64,000 nt of DNA. Source: Phoronis australis (lineage: Eukaryota; Animalia; Phoronida). Made by a program: the position numbers and the translations under genes. A model generated the notes under the pieces. That model worked only from the letters and a program-made list of their open reading frames with translations, searched no databases and was not told the origin of the DNA. Where the stretch lies: contig NMRA01000085.1 of NCBI GenBank assembly GCA_002633005.1, positions 975,252 to 1,039,251 of the forward strand, in the 5' to 3' direction. The stretch's first letter is position 1. Each line of letters opens with the position of its first letter. Shown in pieces: positions 26,322 to 39,072 of the stretch.

Positions 26322-28033
26322 TTATTCGCCCACATATTTATTTGTGGACGCATTATGCCGTCATCTCCGTCCGTCCGGCGTCCCTCCATCCGGCGTCCGT
26401 CCGGGGTCTGTCCGGCGTCTGCTGCTCTATCTCCAAAACTCTTTGACATACGTTCATGAAATTTAGCACATATGTTCCTTTCATGAATGGGACGGCATGA
26501 GCGAACTTTCGGACGGTTCCGACCTCCGGTGTGCCCCCTAGTGGCAGTTTTTTACGCTTTCCTTTGTATCTTCAAAAGTTCTTAACGGATTTTCATGAAA
26601 TTTGGTAATATGTAGGCACCTATTAGTGAGATGACGCTATTCTCTCGTTTTTGGATGGATTCGATGTATTTTGCGCCACCTAGTGGCTGTTTTTACTGTT
26701 TTCGAGTTTTTTTGCGTCCACCCCTCTATCAACCAAACCGCTCAAAGGATGATTGTGAAAATTGGCATGTATGTTTTTACTATGAAGAGAATGGTTGACG
26801 ATGATTTTCCGACGATTTCGACTACTGTGGCGCCTCCTAGTGGTAGTTTTTTCTTTTTTTGCGCCTATGGCTGTATCTCCTAAACCGTTCGCATTATCCT
26901 TACGAAATTTAGTAAGTATATTTATATGATGTTAACAACAGACAACTAGTCTGCCACCTAGTGGCAATTTTATTTTTTTACGTTTACCTCTGTAGTTTCA
27001 AAGGTCCTCATCGTATTTTCATGAAATTTGGCATATGGGCATCTATTAATGAGGTGTCGCTATCTCTCCGTTTTCAGATGAATTTGACGTAGTTTGCGCC
27101 ACCTAGTGGCCATTTTTACTGTTTTCGAGTTTTTCGCGTCCACTAATGTATCAACCAAACCGTTTTCAAGATAATTGTGAAAATTGGCATGTATGTTTTT
27201 ACTATGAAGTGGACAGCTGACGATGATTTTCTGACGACTTCGACTACTGGGGCGCCTCCTAGTGGCAGTTTTTTTTTGCGCTCATGGCCGTGTCTCCTAA
27301 ACTGTTCGCAAGATCTTTACTTAATTTAGCAAGTGTATTTATATGATGTTGATTACGGATGACGACAACTTTCGGACAGGTCTAACTACTGCTGTGCCCC
27401 CTAGTGGCAATTTTAGTTTTTTTACGTTTAACGCTGTATCTTCAAAGGTCCAAAACAGATTTTCATAAAATTTTGAATATAGGCATCTATTGGTGGGATA
27501 ATGCTATCTTCCTGTTTTTTGGATGGAATCGAGGTATTTTGGGCCACCTAGTGGCCATTTTTGCTGTTTTCAAATCTTGTTTTTGGCGTCCACCCCTGTA
27601 TCAACCAAATCATTTGAAAATCAGCATATATGTTCTCAGTGTGAAGACGACCTTTGATGATGGTGACTGATTACTGTGGCGCCTCCTAGTGGTAGTTTTG
27701 TTTTGTGCCCATAGTTGTATCTCCTAAACCCACTGCAGGATCTTAATTAAATTTAGTAAGTGTATTTATATGTAGATAACAACAGACGACGACAACTTTC
27801 TGGCGGATCCAGTGGACACTGCCCACTAGTGGCAATTACATTTTATTATGTTTTGTTTTTTTCTCTGAAGTTCCTACATATTTTTATGAAATATGGCATT
27901 TTCCTGTTTTTGGATGGATTATATGTTTTTGCGCCATCTATTGGACATTTTTATGATACAAATAAATAACCCTAAAAGCACACCATTTACAATGCATTCG
28001 GGGCGCATTTCAACGCTCCGCGTTGCTCTTGTT
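26322..28033 (+). mobile_element. Helentron/HINE (DINE-1/Pearl-like) non-autonomous element with internal tandem array
   Basis: T-rich insertion site, 5' TTCGCCC vs 3' GGGCGCAT subterminal inverted repeat, (GTCC)n-type microsatellite at 26367-26420, ~420-bp higher-order repeat of ~140-bp subunits, 3' hairpin CAACGC-TCC-GCGTTG then CTCTTGTT. Related 3' ends at 39648-39782 (+) and 53402-53581 (-). Confidence 0.7.
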
Positions 28034-28851
28034 AATCTGTTCAACTCTCCTTTTTCTCCCGCTTCTGGGTTTTCTGTTCCAGTACTTGAACTTCAAAACA
28101 AAATAATTGAGCATCTATCCGTCAGGTGGACACCGGCGGACATTCACAACACCTAAATACACAACGCTGCATATAACATCACCGCTACAATGCAAAGATC
28201 GAAATTAAAACCGAAGTTGACATAAATGGCATGTGTAAAATTGCCATCTCAGCCGTGTATTTTGAAGCCTGCTTCCACAAAAGTCGCAAACTAATTATTT
28301 GAAAGCGTGTGTCTGAAAGATCGTGCATCATCCACTTGAGTGGCGGGGGGGCATCGTGAAATGCGTGTTGTCAATCACTATCAGGTTCACTGTTCATCTA
28401 TTGTCAGTGGCCCCAGTCAGAAGCTCCAGAGTGTTACATCTTCAACTAAGCACCCACGGTCAATATTTGGGCAATCGTATGTCACCAAGATTTTAAAATT
28501 TCATGATTAAGCATCATGATATTTTAGGTTTTGTGTGTCTCCGTAGTGGTGCACTCTATTCTGTTTCTTAGATCAGCCATAAGCAATCGTTTTGTTGTCG
28601 CTAGTACGTGTCTTTATGATAATTTTTAACCATTCTTGAAATACGATCACATGCGCGGTCTGTGATGACTAACATTCGTCAAGTTACGATCACCTCAGTA
28701 TCATGAACAGTCTGACTGGTATTTCTAAATTACCAACGGTTGAGAAACGTAATTATTTTTTCGTGGTCGTAATCTAAAGACATTACCGTCGGTATTTTCT
28801 TCTTGTTCACAACAGAAAAGCAACTTTTGAGTCAAGTAACATTCTAATATG

Positions 28852-29078
28852 AAATTGGTCTCAAGTTATTCCTAGTTAGTCAAATTGAGGATGATTTCAT
28901 GGCTGCAAAAGAACTGACAGTGTTGTTCATTGCTAGACACTAGGCTTTTAAAGTTAGCTTGTCACAAAATACTGTTATTCTATACGCAGAGCGTGGTCTT
29001 AAAGAATAACTATCTGTCAGTTCTGTCAACAACAGAACTCATTTCTCATCTTAGCTAGGAACAAGTTGAGACCATTTC
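28852..29078. mobile_element. Small MITE-like inverted repeat
   Basis: GAAATTGGTCTCAAGTTATTCCTAGTTA is mirrored by TAGCTAGGAACAAGTTGAGACCATTTC. Confidence 0.55.
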
Positions 29079-29556
29079 TGGCAAGTGGTCAAAATAAAGA
29101 CGCTTCCTGGACAAAAACCTGGTTGGCAGCTGCGTAACACTGTTTGGGATTAGATGGCAATCACTTGATTACATTTATCTAGACACAACGTATGCTTTGC
29201 AAGTCAATGGTTTTAATCTTCGTGTACTTGCTAGTAAAATACTGAAGATTGATTCCTGTTCTAACTACTTCTTGAAGAAAAAGTAGCTTACAGACAACAA
29301 TGACGTGGTGGTACGTTCTTTATTCGTTGATGGTCTTCTGCACAGAGTTGAACATTTTACGGAGCAATGCAAACAGTTTCGCTCGACTCAATTTTGGTAT
29401 GCAAGACATGCCAAGCTGACAAAGACAATATAATTTTTTTTATTCGTGAACATTTTGAGATGTTGGACGCCTTTTCATCACGCAAGTGTTGCAATAAATG
29501 TAGAAGAAATGCTGGAAAATCACTGAATCAAATCCTTGTGGGGCACACTAACTACC

Positions 29557-29728
29557 AGGGCTTGAAATTTTCCTCTTCTCATTTGATTTCCAGTTTCCTC
29601 TTTGTTGTCTTTTTTGGCATTAGTTTGACTTTATTCATGCAAAAACCTTTATTTCAGTTAAATTTTACCTCACAAAAGGTATTTCTATGACCTGGAAAAT
29701 TTCCTCTTTTTTGTCATTCCAAACCCTG
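29557..29728. mobile_element. Short interspersed MITE-like repeat
   Basis: CAGGG...CCCTG ends; homologous to 17004-17252. Confidence 0.55.
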
Positions 29729-29847
29729 ATCTACTCTATCTCCATCACGTATTTTATATCGTCGCTATATCGAAAAATGTTTGACAGGATAATTGTTTGC
29801 AATTTATTTTTGAAATTGCCTATTTCAGTATACGTCGTTGTTTCTAG

Positions 29848-30051
29848 CTTTCCAGGGCAATATTGGCCCAGTGGCCTTTGAGGTGTATTCGCTTCTACCA
29901 AGCTTCAGGCAAAGGTCATTTCCAAATTGAAGCTGGACATCGCGCACCGATGGGTCCAGGAATATACAACTTCAATACTCGCAAAAATGAGGACAACAGA
30001 ATGTATGATATCCTGGATGACTTTGTGAACAAAGCTATTGGTTTGTCAAAG
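29848..30051 (+). CDS. PH-PTB adaptor exon 5 (IRS-type PTB C-half)
   Basis: tttctag| acceptor, |gtattc donor, phase 0/0. QWPLRCIRFY...FQIEAGHRAPMGPGIYNFNT matches the IRS/DOK PTB WP...IR.Y...F..EAGR....G.G.F.F.T pattern. Confidence 0.92.
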
Positions 30052-30265
30052 GTATTCTCTTTGTTCAGTTTCATTAATTCATTTATATGGTAAAAGTGTT
30101 TTCAAATTAGAACTCAAGGTGGCAGACCAGCAAAACTTTCTTTTATCAACATTTTCAACTCAACAATCAACAAAATTATGAACATTTTTGACAGTACAGT
30201 GAGTGTTCAAAAAATGAAGAAATGGTAGTTTTGGCATTTATTTCATTCAATTCTCTCAACTTTAG

Positions 30266-30420
30266 AGAACCAATCCTGACGCAGACGAAGCTGTTGCTGA
30301 GCAGCATTCCAATATGGCCGACTTGTCTATGCATAATCTCAACAATCAATTTGACCAGCATCACTCGAGGATTTCTACGGACAACTACACGTCAGTCACC
30401 AAAGAGCCGTCAGTCATGAG
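30266..30420 (+). CDS. PH-PTB adaptor exon 6
   Basis: ctttag| acceptor, |gtaatt donor, phase 0/2, open: RTNPDADEAVAEQHSNM...TDNYTSVTKEPSVM. Confidence 0.8.
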
Positions 30421-30774
30421 GTAATTTAAGTTTTAATTAGGATTGGTCCTTTGTAGGTGTTAGATTGAAGTTTGCTTTGAAGGTTTTGGTTCAGCAATGA
30501 ATTGTGTTGAAACAAAATTTTGTTGCAAATCACAAACTATGGTTTTTCTGGCTTCAAATATGATTGACAACCTTCATGAAGTTCTTCACATGTCATTTTC
30601 AACTGTTCATTTCCAACTAATAAAATTATATTTTCTGAATCCTTGCTGATTAAATTTATTGTCACTATTAGTATGTTGGGAACCATGTCTCGAATGCTTG
30701 ACAAACGACAGAAACTGTTGACCATTAGAATCTTATTTTAAAGAGCGTTCCAAGTCTTCGTTTTTGACAACCAA

Positions 30775-33382
30775 TTTCTTCATTTATACTTAAGGTAAAT
30801 TGCAAAATCTGAAGCCCAATTCTCACTTGATTTCCAAAACTGCTAAAAGTGTCGCAAATTGAAGTCCTGAAAATGGCTGATAAAGATTTGCCGTGTTCTT
30901 GAAAACAATTTTTTGAGGTCATCTCAAACAACTCTCATATTTGGGGCCTCAAATGCTTTGGATGCCAGTGAAAAATGAAGATGCGATCTTATTCAGTGAC
31001 TTGCATTTTTGAAAAAAACAAGCTTGTTGACAGAGGTCATTGACAAATCACTTAAAAATAATGTTATCCGTCTGGTAGATACATTCAGTACTTGGTAGAT
31101 TCTTTTTCGCGTAGACGAAAATTGGGGTACTAATAGGCGTTTTCATACATTCTTGAACTAATGAGTGCTCTATTCACAAATTTTTAATTATTGACTATGC
31201 CTTTTAAAATGTCTCCATCTTGTTTCACTGTGTCATCACCTCCAATGGGAACTGAAGAATTTACTGTATTGCATGAGGAAATCCAAACATATTCTGTGGT
31301 ATTTGTTTTAAATGAGCTATAATCTGTGTGTGTAACGGAGCAGCCTGTATATACGTAGATATACTAAAGCTCAACAGAAGCCCAGTGGTGAATCAACAGA
31401 GAGGTATTTTCATTTCTTGCAGACATGCCACAACCCTTGCTTGAACATTATTGCTCAGACTGTGTGTTGTACTCTTTCGGCAGCACACAAAGTTTTGCTG
31501 ATCGATATTTATCATTCTCTTAAAATAACGATTTCTGCTGTTGACGCTTCTTGGTATTCAAGTCGACTGCATTCTGGTAACCTGGAAAAAGTTCCAGGTA
31601 TTTTTTTTTCTGTTTGAAGCCTACGCTGGTTCTTATTTAAATTTTGGCTTATTTGTGGATGGATGTCTGATATTTGTAGAATTCAAAATCAAACTGAAAA
31701 CATTTTCTGCATGTTCTGTTTTACTTGGACAAACTCAAGATATGAAGCGTCTGTTAGTCTGTGCTGGATTATCTTATGGTTTATGCATATGAGTTTTGAA
31801 TCCCTAGTCCAAACTTAATGAGCCCCAGATTCAAGCTACTATTAAGTTACAAGTAAAAGTCTGAATTTCGAGTTCAGACTCAAACCTTTAGCCTTAATGC
31901 TGGGGTCATCAAGTGCAAACTAGGATTAGACAGTTATTCACGTTAGCCATTATGCACTTGAGAATAAAATAATAGACACTCATCTTGAGTTGGTACTAAA
32001 GTACAACAGAAAATGCCAAAAATAATGTGGATTTGGACAAGTAAAAGGATAAGGTATGAGTCAGAAATTTGGTCNTATCTTCATTTATACTGAAGGTAAA
32101 TTGCAAAATCTGAAGCCCAATTCTCACTTGATTTCCAAAACTGCTAAAAGTGTCGCAAATTGAAGTCCTGAAAATGGCTGATAAAGATTTGCCGTGTTCT
32201 TGAAAACAATTTTTGTGAGGTCATCTCAAACAACTCTCATATTTGGGGCCTCAGATGCTTTGGATGCCAGTGAAAAATGAAGATGCGATCTTATTTTCAG
32301 TGATTTGCATTTTTGAAAAAAACGAGCCTGTTGACAGAGGTCATTGACAAATCACTTAAAAGTAATGTTATTCATCTGATAGCTACACTAAGTACTTGGT
32401 AGATTCTTTTTCGCGTAGATGAAAATTGAGGTACTAATTGGCATTTTCGTTTTCATTCATTTGGATCCATTCTTGAACTAATGAGTGCACTATTCACAGA
32501 TTTTTAATTACTGACTATGCCTTTTAAAATGTCTCCATCTTGTTTCATTGTGTCATCATCTCCAATGGGAACTGACGAATTTAATGTATTGCATGAGGAA
32601 ATCCAAACATATTCTGTGGTGCTTGTTTTAAATGAGCTATAATCTGTGTGTGTAACGGAGTAGCCTATATTATACGTAGATATACTAAAGCTCAACAGAA
32701 GCCCAGTGGTGAATCAACAGAGAGGTATTTTCATTTCTTGCAGACATGCCACAACCCTTGCTTTAACATTATTGCTCAGACTGTGTGTTGTACTCATTCG
32801 GCAGCACACAAAGTTTTGCTGGTCAATATTTATCATTCTCTTAAAATAACAATTTCTGCTGTTGACGCTTCTTGGAATTCAAGTCAACTGCATTCTGGTA
32901 ACCTGGAAAATGTTCCAGGTATTTTTTTTTCTGTTTGAAGCCTACGCTGGTTCTCATTTGCATTTTGGCTTATTTGGGGCCGGATGTCTGTTCTTTGTAG
33001 AATTCAAAATCAAACTGAAATTATTTTCTGCATGTTCTGCTTTACTTGGACAAACTCAAGATATGAAGCGTCTGGATTATATTATGGTTTATGCATATGA
33101 GTTTTGAATCCCTAGTCCAAACTTAATGAGCCCCAGATTCAAGCTACTATTAAGTTACAAGTAAAAGTCTGAATTTCGAGTTCAGACTCAAACCTTTAGC
33201 CTTAATGCTGGGGTCATCAAGTGCAAACTAGGATTAGACAGTTATTCACGTTAGCCATTATGCACTTGAGAATAAAATAATAGACACTCATCTTGAGTTG
33301 GTACTAAAGTACAACAGAAAATGCCAAAAATAATGTGGATTTGGACAAGTAAAAGGATAAGGTATGAGTCAGAAATTTGGTC
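30775..33382. other. Haplotype (assembly) duplication: 30775-32074 and 32076-33382
   Basis: Two ~1.3 kb copies joined by a single N at 32075; scattered SNPs and indels. Confidence 0.85.
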
Positions 33383-34465
33383 ATAATCTTCGCAAAAATT
33401 TTTCTGAAAATAATCAAAAACCTCATTTTTTTTACAAAAATACAGTCTCTGGGAATATACTCATTGCTTACTGAGATAATTTGAATAAATTATTTCTAGG
33501 TTCTCATGCACAATGTAAACCTGTATACAGTAATTGTAAAATGGAAGCACAAGCACAAGACCAAGTTTCTCTCTTAAGTCTTAAAAGCAATGGCAGCCTC
33601 ACATTGGTTTGTTGATGCTATGGTGCTTCACAACCAGTTCATTAAGTGTTCAGCTACTATTCTTTGTCTTACATCATGTATAATTAATGCCAAATGACAA
33701 TGGTTTGCAAAGTCAGATATCATTCTAGTTCACTATTAAGGCCTTTTCTCATACAGTCATCATCGCTGCTATTGAAGTTTCTATGCTAACTGTGGTTAAC
33801 TGCGAAGTCTTACTCAGAAAACTGGTTCAGCAAAGTTATCGCAAGGCTGCACTTATATGACCTTTGGTCACATGTCTTGCTGTTTTTGTTAATGCCATCA
33901 AAAATGGCAAGGACCTATCCCTCTCTCCAAATGGAAAGTAGAATGTCAACTTCGCTTCAGCCAACGACTTCCACGTTGGGACGATGATTATGTACTAGAA
34001 AATGACATTTTAAAAAAACTTGACTTTTGAAAATGATAACTGATCCGAACAAAGGCAGCATGTCGTATGGCAGGAACATTTCCTGCATAAGCTATCCATT
34101 CAGAAATTATTTTATTGTAAAGAATCCAGCAAAGACATGGATAAATTAAAGAGAGTGCTTATACTGTCAAAATAATAAGTATTAGAACAAAATATTAACC
34201 AATCACTGGCCGCTGTTGGCAAATCCAGTGACCCCTGGGTTTATGTGTTTCTGCTGAGAACAGTACGCCTGATAGTAATTTTGGTCAGGTCCGAGTACTG
34301 TGGCTCTCTTTAGTGGCAGTTATGTTTGTGCTTGTGACTCGATACGCACCAAATTCTTTGGGGAAACTTCATGAAATTTATACGTGTTCCTATTGAGCGA
34401 AGAGCATTGGACGTGAACTAAACTGACAAGTCTTGCTTTTTATGTCTACATGTTGTCTGTTACAG

Positions 34466-34625
34466 GCAGACGTCTAGTTCAAATCAAGAAAACATTCCAC
34501 TGCCGATCAAGAACATTCGTCCATCCATTGCAGAGCCTCGCGTCCCTCCCAACGAATACTTAAATGTCACACCAGAGGGCGCAGAGTGTCACACTGAGGC
34601 TCCAGCTACTGCTAAACACAGAGAG
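34466..34625 (+). CDS. PH-PTB adaptor exon 7
   Basis: ttacag| acceptor, |gtaag donor, phase 2/0: QTSSSNQENIPLPIKNIRPSIAEPRVPPNEYLNVTPE. Confidence 0.82.
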
Positions 34626-35488
34626 GTAAGTTTTGTTTTTGTGTGTCTGTGTAAACTTACAATTCAGATGATTATTGTACAAAATGTAGCCTTGAAGCCC
34701 AACTTATGGTACTCAGTCTGGTTTCTGTACGTTCTTCCTGATCATGTGACCCACGACTGAACAACTATCAACATGTTAAAATGTCAGGGAATTAACTCCG
34801 CAAGACACTCATGGAACATCTTGGTTTATGAAATGGACTTTGTTCACTTACTCCCATGATTCCACATTGCAGCGTCGCTGACCAATCATTTCAGTGGCAG
34901 TTATTCTGCCAGTTAATGTGAGTAAGGTTCCTAGCTTGCAAAAATTTGTCTTTCACTTGCATGATTATGCAAGGTCCTGCATTATTTTGCTTTTCCTGCG
35001 GGATCTTGCTTCATGGAGTCAGCCCGGGTGTAAAACAAATATGCTGGTTAATATTACAATTATTTGTATAAATTTCTTAAGCCTGAATGAGCAATAGTGC
35101 AGGTTTTGATTCTGCGTTTTGGAACAATAATTCAGGTTTGAAACTGTGTTTGATGAACGAATTGCACTAAAATGTCACTAATTTCGGATGTGAAATGGCA
35201 CAGAAAATGAAAATCAGTGATATTCACTTAAAAGAGGTCCTGCGTTTTGAGAACCAGTTTTTCCTTTGAATAACAGGCATTAAACTGGTTCTCAAAATTC
35301 AGTATTTTTGTGACTATTGCAGGAAATTCTATTTTCTCAATTTATCTTTTAGTAGGTCAAAGTTCACTGTCTCAAACTGAAGATTTGTTGCCATAGGTCA
35401 AGAATGTACAGACCTTGGAGTTGTTTCCCCTGTTCTGTCTTACTGGTTAGTGTGGCTACCCATTGTTTCACTGATTTGTTCTTCACAG

Positions 35489-35651
35489 GCCTTGAAAGTG
35501 TTCATTCCTCCACAGAGCGTGGATGTGGACAACAGACCTAAATTGTCCATACCACCCCAGAACGTGGATAATAAACAACAACCTAAAGTGTTCCAGCGCC
35601 CTTTGGCAAGGAGTACCGATCCACTTGATATCAAGGCACCTATTAATGATG
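35489..35651 (+). CDS. PH-PTB adaptor exon 8
   Basis: tcacag| acceptor, |gttagt donor, phase 0/1: ALKVFIPPQSVDVDNRPKLSIPPQNVDNK. Confidence 0.82.
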
Positions 35652-37204
35652 GTTAGTTTTGATAAAAAATTCTTAATGGTTATACCTGTTCATGAAAATT
35701 TCCACCTCTGTACATATTATTTTATTACCAATCATTTCTATTTTATGTTCCTTAAGCTTGGAAATATTCTGTTCAGGTCAAAGTCCGGTGTTTTCTTGAT
35801 CTTTTGTAAAGTTTCAGTGAAGTCTCGCCAATTTTGGACTAAAATAATTGCTAAAATTCTCCTTTGGTCATTTCTCAGTGGGTTCTAACAGTGTTGTATA
35901 TGGCCACAATTTCTCATTTACGTTGCCAACTGCTAGCTGTAGTAGGGAAGTTGAACATGGATACCCATTAATTTGGTGCTACATGTCTTTCTTGAGACAG
36001 TGAGGAGATATAATCTCGTTTGTCGGTCATATTGTGTCCTAAACTGCTGAGATCTTACTAATATGCTGTTTGCATTTCTGCAGTTTATAGTATAGAGGTC
36101 TCTGAATGTGCTGTTCTGTGCTCTGAGTTAAATTCTGTTTGAATCCACAAGCTGTCCATTTCTTGTTATGTGTCTCGTATGTTGGTGCACGTTGGCATCG
36201 TCGTTATCTGGCATCTGTCAGCCGTATCACCTAAACTGCTTGCGGGAGTTCATGAACAAGCACCTGTAGGTGGCACTGGTTAGGTCAGGCCGAACTTCGA
36301 AATTCAGTCCACGATTATATTGTGCAATTAGGGACGCTAAGTTGTCATAATTGCAAAAACAGGATAAAAACATAATCCAAAACGATGATTTTCAAAGATA
36401 GTGCTACGTCGACTTATTACAAAATTTCAATTATTATTATATTATTAGGATGAGTCTATAAATCGACTGTCATAGCGATATTATGAAAGAAAAATTATTG
36501 TTCTTGAGAACTAAGGTGTAATGATAGAGATCACGGTAGGGATTTTTGTCAAACGACACTGATCATTGTGAGTGAAGCAAGTAATAAAATGTTGATCACG
36601 GTGACTGTAATATCAACAGTTATTATTAGCGTTTCAAATTATGTTTTTAGCCATCTACTACAGGTGGCAAATTGCAGCTTTAATTAACGCTGAAAATGTT
36701 ACATTGGACTGAAGAGACACATAATAATTTATGTTTACTTTGAAAATGGCGATTTGGAATTGAGAACCAATTAGCCATGTTTCCTTTACTGGTGGGAATA
36801 GCCTGCAAATGAAATGCAGCAACATTAAAGCTATGGTTCTTGGGAAAAATAGGGTTTTTTTGTTTTGACTACTTAACTCGATGAAATTGGTTTGTATTGT
36901 TCCTGATTTAGTTTAGAAGTGATGTTTGGGCCGGGGTTGAATTGGCAATTTGTTATTTCTTCAGACTGAGGTCACAAAGGTCACGACTTTGTTCAGCTCT
37001 TTCCAAGCCCAGATATCACTTTTATTGTCACTTAGCAACAATTTGAGACCTGTTTCATTGTGATGAGTGGCATAAATCAAAAACTGGTTTTTGACAGAAA
37101 GCGCACTTTAATGCGACATCACCTTGTAAGAAACTTTATGTACGATTATTTGGTATTTTATTTGATTAAGTTCCTTTCAATAAAAATGATAATAGTAAGA
37201 CGAA

Positions 37205-37405
37205 TACGGTAGTAATACTTTATGATGTAATAATACCGTATGATATTGTAATAATACCGTAAATATGATATTGTAGTCTTATGATATTTTAATAATACTT
37301 TATGATGTAATAATACTGTATGATACTGTAATAATACTGTATGATATTATAATGATAATATTATATGATATTATAATGATAATACTGTATTATTTTGTAA
37401 CAATA
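37205..37405. repeat. AT-rich degenerate minisatellite
   Basis: Repeated TATGATATT-TAATAATACTG-type units. Confidence 0.8.
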
Positions 37406-37433
37406 CTTCAGTGGTTTATATCATTCATTGTAG

Positions 37434-39072
37434 CCTTTCTCAGGAAGGAGCAGCCACACAGGCGCCAGCCACGCACAGTGAGCGAGCACTCCGCTAGTGG
37501 CGGTAGTGTGGGCAGCGAAATCTCATTCAAGTCTGAGTACATGCCCATGACTCCCAACGACGACTTCCTGTCCTCGTTCTCGCCTAGCAACAGCACCATG
37601 ATGTCACCCCCGCCGACATTTTACGAGATCATGAATGCTGAGCAGAAGGATAGTTTGGCAGCGACATCTGATGGTCAACCCCAAGCATCATCTCCTGGTT
37701 ACGCCGACATGAGAGGTTCAATGAGTAAACTTTCGTTAGATGCTCAAAGTAAAAACGATTCCTTGATGCAACCTGGAGGAATGGTGAAACAGCGAAAGGT
37801 GACTGATAGTCTTCCACCGTTAGATGGCACTGGAGGTAAAGGCAAGTTCAGATTCAATCGTATGAAGTCGTCAAGTAGTGAAGACTTCACAGAGCTGAAA
37901 CGCAACACGCTGTACAACTGGAACCATGAATACGATAATGTGACATACGAAGTGGATGAACCTCACACCTACGACGAAGCCGCATTCAAAGACATTGCAG
38001 ATGATATCGGAGCAATGAGCCAGGAGGAAAGANCGCCGACATGAGAGGTTCAATGAGTAAACTTTCGTTAGATGCTCAAAGTGAAAACGGTTCCTTGATG
38101 CGACCTGGAGGAATGGTGAAACAGCGAAAGGTGACTGATAGTCTTCCACCGTTAGATGGCACTGGAGGTAAAGGCAAGTTCAGATTCAATCGTATGAAGT
38201 CGTCAAGTAGTGAAGACTTCACAGAGCTGAAACGCAACACGCTGTACAACTGGAACCATGAATACGATAATGTGACATACGAAGTGGATGAACCTCACAC
38301 CTACGACGAAGCCGCATTCAAAGACATTGCAGATGATATCGGAGCAATGAGCCAGGAGGAAAGACGCTCCCGTAGCCCGGAGGAAACACGATTTGCAATT
38401 GCAGATATTCGCAAGATGTTCAGCTTGAAGTCCAAACAGTTCAATCGCTCCATGTCAAACCCTAACATAGTCGACATTGACTTCTCATCCCCAGTCACCA
38501 ATAAGAGTTTGGCGGCAGACCCCGTAGCAGTGAAACCAGCGAGCAATTTCACACCCACTGCGTCATCGCAGAAAGAACGCAAGCAGTCAGCGGGGGTTCT
38601 CGGTCTATCTCTTCGATCAAAGTCTAAGAAAAAAGGAGTCTCTAAAGAAAAGCCGGATTCCCCAAAAGTGACCAGTTCTTCTAAGCAACTGAGTATTAAA
38701 GGCATCACCCCGAGCAATAAGAGCAAATCATTCACCAAAAAGAAGCCTCTTACACCCACTTCATCAAACCAAAGTCACGAAACCGTGAGCCAAGAGGGCA
38801 CTCATTCTGCTACTCTGTCACTATCCCCACCCAGTAGAGAGTTTACTTTTCCCCCTTCCCAAATCGAAGAGCAAGCCAGGAAGTCGTCTCTGGTGTTGGA
38901 TGATGAGCGACCCCTGATTTGTAAAGGAGTGGAAAGCCCGCCGCAGCTAGCAGGAGGGGACGGTGCGAATGTAATGGCACTAAACAGAGCGTTTAGTGAC
39001 TCAAAGTCAAATGAACGACCAATGTTAGGCAGACGCTTACCAAGTCTTCCACAGAGCGAAACATGGTGTTAA
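37434..39072 (+). CDS. PH-PTB adaptor terminal exon 9 (contains an artefactual 331-bp duplication)
   Basis: ttgtag| phase-1 acceptor. Ser/Pro-rich tail with YMPM, YEIM, YADM, YDNV; stop at 39070-39072. 37702-38032 is repeated at 38034-38364 across the N at 38033. Removing one copy plus the N gives a 2478-nt spliced CDS (825 aa). Confidence 0.88.

Noticed and set aside
26530-27945. CRISPR-like pattern of a short motif with regular spacing
   Set aside because: The intervening sequences are homologous to each other (~420-bp higher-order repeat), the context is eukaryotic and no cas genes are present.
37352-37433. Hydrophobic N-terminus of ORF 37352-38044 resembling a signal or TM segment
   Set aside because: It is translated AT-rich intronic minisatellite upstream of the acceptor at 37433.
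38301-38759. 152-aa minus-strand ORF
   Set aside because: Antisense shadow of the real coding exon; no recognisable motif.
38041-39072. Separate 343-aa gene
   Set aside because: It is the second half of adaptor exon 9, restarted by the N-joined duplication.
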